Source: Candidatus Nanopusillus sp.
Lineage (GTDB): Archaea; Nanobdellota; Nanobdellia; Nanobdellales; Nanobdellaceae
Length of the DNA: 8,395 nucleotides
Direction: 5' to 3'
Assembly (NCBI GenBank): GCA_028275775.1
Contig: JAPWTZ010000019.1
Span: forward strand, 1-8,395
Positions 6,029-8,395 of the stretch are shown piece after piece; the first letter of the stretch is position 1, and the number at the start of each line of letters is the position of its first letter. The position numbers and the translations under genes were made by a program. The notes under the pieces are model-generated. The model was not told where the DNA came from. It saw only the letters and a list, made by a program, of their open reading frames with translations, and searched no databases.

Positions 6029-6099
6029 GTTAGACAATAAATCAATATTAGAGATATTAAAAATATATTTTTATTTTTTACTATGTAATAATAACTACT
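6029..6099 (+). promoter_or_regulatory. Intergenic promoter for paralog C
   Basis: aaaaatatatttttatttttt at 6058-6078. Its atatatttttat core starts about 36 nt upstream of ATG 6100. The T5/T6 runs could also terminate paralog B transcription. Confidence 0.4.
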
Positions 6100-6885
6100 A
6101 TGAAGATAAGGCCATATAACAACAATGGACCATATCAATATGATTTATTAAATGGGGCATTGGGATTGGCTATACATTCTTATATGAAAAATGAATCTAT
6201 TTTGCAAGCGTTAGAAGAAAAATATAATGAAATTAAAGAAATCTTATATATATTGGAGAAGGAAAAAATAAGAAGATATTCTAAGTATAAAAAAGGAATA
6301 GATTTACTAATTGAAAACGGATTATTAAAATGTAATGATAATTACTGCGAAGTTACAGATGACGGAATTTCCTTATATGAAAAATATGAAAGTGAAAAAA
6401 ATACTCTTGAAGAATATTTAGAGGATTTCCATATAGTTAGTATCCATAATATTGATATGAAAGATATTTCATATGTTGGTTTAGATAGTATATTGAAATA
6501 TGTTAAAAAATATGGTCTTCCCGAATCAAAAAGAAAATATACAAATCCTTTTGTAGAAATGCTACTTATAAACCAACCAGAAAATTTCACAATGCATATT
6601 TTAAGTACAGAATATGTATTAACTTTATTGTTAATGTATAGACTTACTTTATCATGTGAATTTAATGGAAGATGTATAAATTACTATGTAACTGGGGGAA
6701 GAATTTTAAGAGAATTAGAAGAAATTGGAATATATAGAAAGCGCCTTCCATTAAGACCTTTACTTTCTCATGGATTAATTGAAGAAAAATCAGATAGTGA
6801 AAGAAAAAGATATAGATTAACACAAATTGGATATTGGGTCTCTAGATACCTAACCTTACAAGCATATATAGCATCCCATCTTTAA
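6100..6885 (+). CDS. Tandem-paralog family member C (261 aa): predicted double winged-helix protein, unknown function
   Basis: See the shared blocks listed for A and B. Both halves carry the classic wHTH signature 'GL[IL]...Y-x-[LV]-T-x-x-G' (IENGLLKCNDNYCEVTDDG and SHGLIEEKSDSERKRYRLTQIG). The stop is only 8 nt before the next ATG. Confidence 0.85.
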   Translation: MKIRPYNNNGPYQYDLLNGALGLAIHSYMKNESILQALEEKYNEIKEILYILEKEKIRRYSKYKKGIDLLIENGLLKCNDNYCEVTDDGISLYEKYESEKNTLEEYLEDFHIVSIHNIDMKDISYVGLDSILKYVKKYGLPESKRKYTNPFVEMLLINQPENFTMHILSTEYVLTLLLMYRLTLSCEFNGRCINYYVTGGRILRELEEIGIYRKRLPLRPLLSHGLIEEKSDSERKRYRLTQIGYWVSRYLTLQAYIASHL

Positions 6886-6893
6886 TTTAAATT

Positions 6894-7370
6894 ATGGGAG
6901 AAAAATTATTAGATGAAAAATATTTAGAAAATTATTTGAATAAGCTAGGTATATCTTTTCAAATTATTAAATATGAAAAACCCGTTATGTCTGCAAGAAA
7001 TGCTGAAGAACATACTGATGGAATTGTTGCAAAAAGTATTATATTAATTTGCAATAATAAACCTTTATTATGTTTTTTATTAGGAAAAAATATGGTTGAT
7101 TTAGATAAAATAAAGAAATATTTTAATTGTAATGAAGTAAGATTAGCAAAAGCAAAAGAAGTAAAGGAAATTACCGGGTATGATATTGGTTCTGTACCAC
7201 CCGTAGGTTTAAAACAAAAGATAAGAACAATTGTTGATAAAAGTATAATAGAATTAAATGATAATCAAATAATATATTGTGGAGGAGGATCACATTATCA
7301 TTTATTAAGAATTTCAAAAAAAGATTTACTCAAAATTATGGAATATGAGGTATATGATATTAAGGTCTAA
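6894..7370 (+). CDS. YbaK/ProX/EbsC-family aminoacyl-tRNA trans-editing (deacylase) domain protein
   Basis: 158 aa, the size of a single YbaK domain. The pattern is KSIILICNNKPLLCFLLGKNMVDLDKIKKYF...VRLAKAKEVKEITGYDIGSVPPVGL...IVDKSI...IYCGGG. This fits the family layout (K-s-l, 'r.vd..Kl', 'a..ee....tG...G.v.P.G', 'v..D.sl', 'GgG'). Assigned from recalled family patterns, not a search. Confidence 0.75.
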   Translation: MGEKLLDEKYLENYLNKLGISFQIIKYEKPVMSARNAEEHTDGIVAKSIILICNNKPLLCFLLGKNMVDLDKIKKYFNCNEVRLAKAKEVKEITGYDIGSVPPVGLKQKIRTIVDKSIIELNDNQIIYCGGGSHYHLLRISKKDLLKIMEYEVYDIKV

Positions 7371-7560
7371 TTTTCTTAAAAACAGCCTTTAATGGTAATA
7401 CACCCTTTTCATATTCTATTTCTGCAATTTTTACAGGATTATACCTTATTCTTTCCAAATCTTCTTTAGATAATTTTACCATCATTGGAGCCCCCATTGC
7501 AATTTGTAATGCTCTTGCACCAATTAATCTAGCTAAAGCAAACTTAGAAATATCATTCAT
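7360..7560 (-). CDS. rpoK: DNA-directed RNA polymerase subunit K (Rpo6; Rpb6/omega homolog)
   Basis: 66 aa. FALARLIGARALQIAMGAPMMV...NPVKIAEIEYEKGVLPL matches the conserved RpoK core (ErArilGaRAlQlsmGAp...dPl.IA..El..g.lP). Its ATG overlaps the rrp42 stop (ATGA at 7557-7560). Its 3' end overlaps the YbaK-like 3' end by 11 nt. Confidence 0.85.
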   Translation of the reverse strand: MNDISKFALARLIGARALQIAMGAPMMVKLSKEDLERIRYNPVKIAEIEYEKGVLPLKAVFKKIRP

Positions 7561-8348
7561 TGTATTTTCTTTAATAAATAATCTTTAAGCTTTTCTGCTT
7601 CTGATAATAAATTATTAAATTCTTCTAAAGATATTGAACCTGATTTTCTTGTTTGTAATGCATTTATTTTATCTGATAATCCAATATGTATAATCATATC
7701 TGCAGCTTCTTCTTCATATTTATTTGGATCTACAATAAATTTATCATCAATTTTTGCAAATGAAACCATTACTGGAATATTTTTATTTAATGGTAATTTT
7801 TTATTTGTTTTATTTTTTGGATTTATCTTATATTCACCATTTTCTTTAATTAATTCTGGAAAATATGCATTCATTAGTGCACATACAGATGCTAAAGTTG
7901 ATGCATCAATTATATTTCCATCATTATTTAATACATATATATCTAATAATACAGACCAAACATATTTACCTGGTTCTATTACCAATTCTTTATCATTGAT
8001 AAATCTAGATTCTCTTAATATTCTATCTACAACCCTTGAATATTCTATAGATTCTTCTGAAGGTCCTATATCAACATTAATATCAGAAACTGGAGATAAA
8101 TATACTGTTGTTACTAGAATACCTGAATCTTCATTATCCTGTAATGGTTCTGATATTTCCAATTTTACCCCGGCTAATACTTTTGTTTTCCCAAGTTCTA
8201 AATAGCAGGATCCCTCTGAATTCTTTACATAATTTTTTATTATTTTTATATCCCTATATTCTAATAAACCCCTTTTATCAATCCTATAATTTTCTTTTAT
8301 AATTTTTCTAATATAATCTGTAATATTCTCCTCAAAATCAATATCCAT
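7557..8348 (-). CDS. rrp42: Exosome complex component Rrp42 (RNase PH-like, non-catalytic ring subunit)
   Basis: 263 aa. It has YRIDKRGLLEYRDIKII...SEGSCYLELGKTKVLAGVKLEISEPL...SGILVTTVYLSPVS, followed by EYSRVVDRILRESRFINDKELVIEPGKYVWSVLLDIYVLNNDGNIIDASTLASVCAL. The length and the long insertion before the C-terminal lobe fit Rrp42 rather than Rrp41. Confidence 0.87.
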   Translation of the reverse strand: MDIDFEENITDYIRKIIKENYRIDKRGLLEYRDIKIIKNYVKNSEGSCYLELGKTKVLAGVKLEISEPLQDNEDSGILVTTVYLSPVSDINVDIGPSEESIEYSRVVDRILRESRFINDKELVIEPGKYVWSVLLDIYVLNNDGNIIDASTLASVCALMNAYFPELIKENGEYKINPKNKTNKKLPLNKNIPVMVSFAKIDDKFIVDPNKYEEEAADMIIHIGLSDKINALQTRKSGSISLEEFNNLLSEAEKLKDYLLKKIQ

Positions 8349-8395
8349 TTATAAATGATTTATAAGATAATATTTATAAAAGTGATAACCAATAT

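Noticed and set aside
6342-6590. 82-aa minus-strand ORF inside paralog C
   Set aside because: It is antisense to a longer ORF whose protein shares conserved blocks with two neighbours. Nothing supports it independently.
4282-6885. An integrated mobile element using tRNA-Val as its attachment site, with the three paralogs as cargo
   Set aside because: The window contains no integrase or recombinase. I could not find a downstream direct repeat of the G/C-rich tRNA 3' half (e.g. ggttcaaatccccgcggtccc), which would stand out in this AT-rich DNA. The composition of the block looks like the flanks by eye. An old, degraded insertion cannot be excluded.
7996-8302. Two plus-strand ORFs (7996-8205 and 8108-8302) inside rrp42
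   Set aside because: They are antisense shadows of a confidently assigned Rrp42 gene.
7557-8348. Rrp41 (the catalytic RNase PH subunit) as an alternative call
   Set aside because: Several features fit Rrp42 better. These are the length (263 aa), the N-terminal extension before the R-x-D-x-R-G block, the VDR.LRES motif and the long Lys-rich insertion before the C-terminal lobe. A profile search would settle it.
1-8395. CRISPR arrays, long tandem repeats, IS elements, rRNA
   Set aside because: No regularly spaced repeats of 24-40 bp, no terminal inverted repeats flanking a transposase-like ORF and no rRNA-like G/C-rich segments were seen. The only repeats are short AT-rich promoter-like strings.

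Overview
Very AT-rich, tightly packed archaeal chromosomal segment. Archaeal assignment rests on exosome Rrp42, RNA polymerase subunit K, an archaeal-type AsnRS, TATA-like boxes about 25-35 nt upstream of start codons, and a tRNA with no encoded CCA. The tRNA stems are almost pure G:C in an AT-rich background and several neighbouring genes overlap. By inference this fits a thermophile with a reduced genome, possibly DPANN/Nanoarchaeota-like; that cannot be proven from this window. Housekeeping genes I recognise: a GalT-branch HIT nucleotidyltransferase (5' partial), asnS, an acylphosphatase, tRNA-Val(GAC), a YbaK/ProX-like deacylase, rpoK and rrp42. Two accessory blocks of unrecognised genes sit between them. 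Block 1 (791-2184) is a minus-strand two-gene operon (197 aa plus a 73-aa TTG-start ORF with a Shine-Dalgarno-like motif), transcribed divergently from an extended, partnerless RelE/ParE-like ORF. Block 2 (3881-6885) is a charge-polarised Lys-rich coiled-coil ORF whose stop codon lies inside the tRNA. Directly after the tRNA come three tandem, highly diverged paralogs (283, 245 and 261 aa), each apparently built from two winged-helix domains; the last sits 8 nt from the YbaK-like gene. This paralog trio is my best candidate for an undescribed system, and its function is unknown. I saw no CRISPR array, IS element, integrase, rRNA or att-type repeat of the tRNA.
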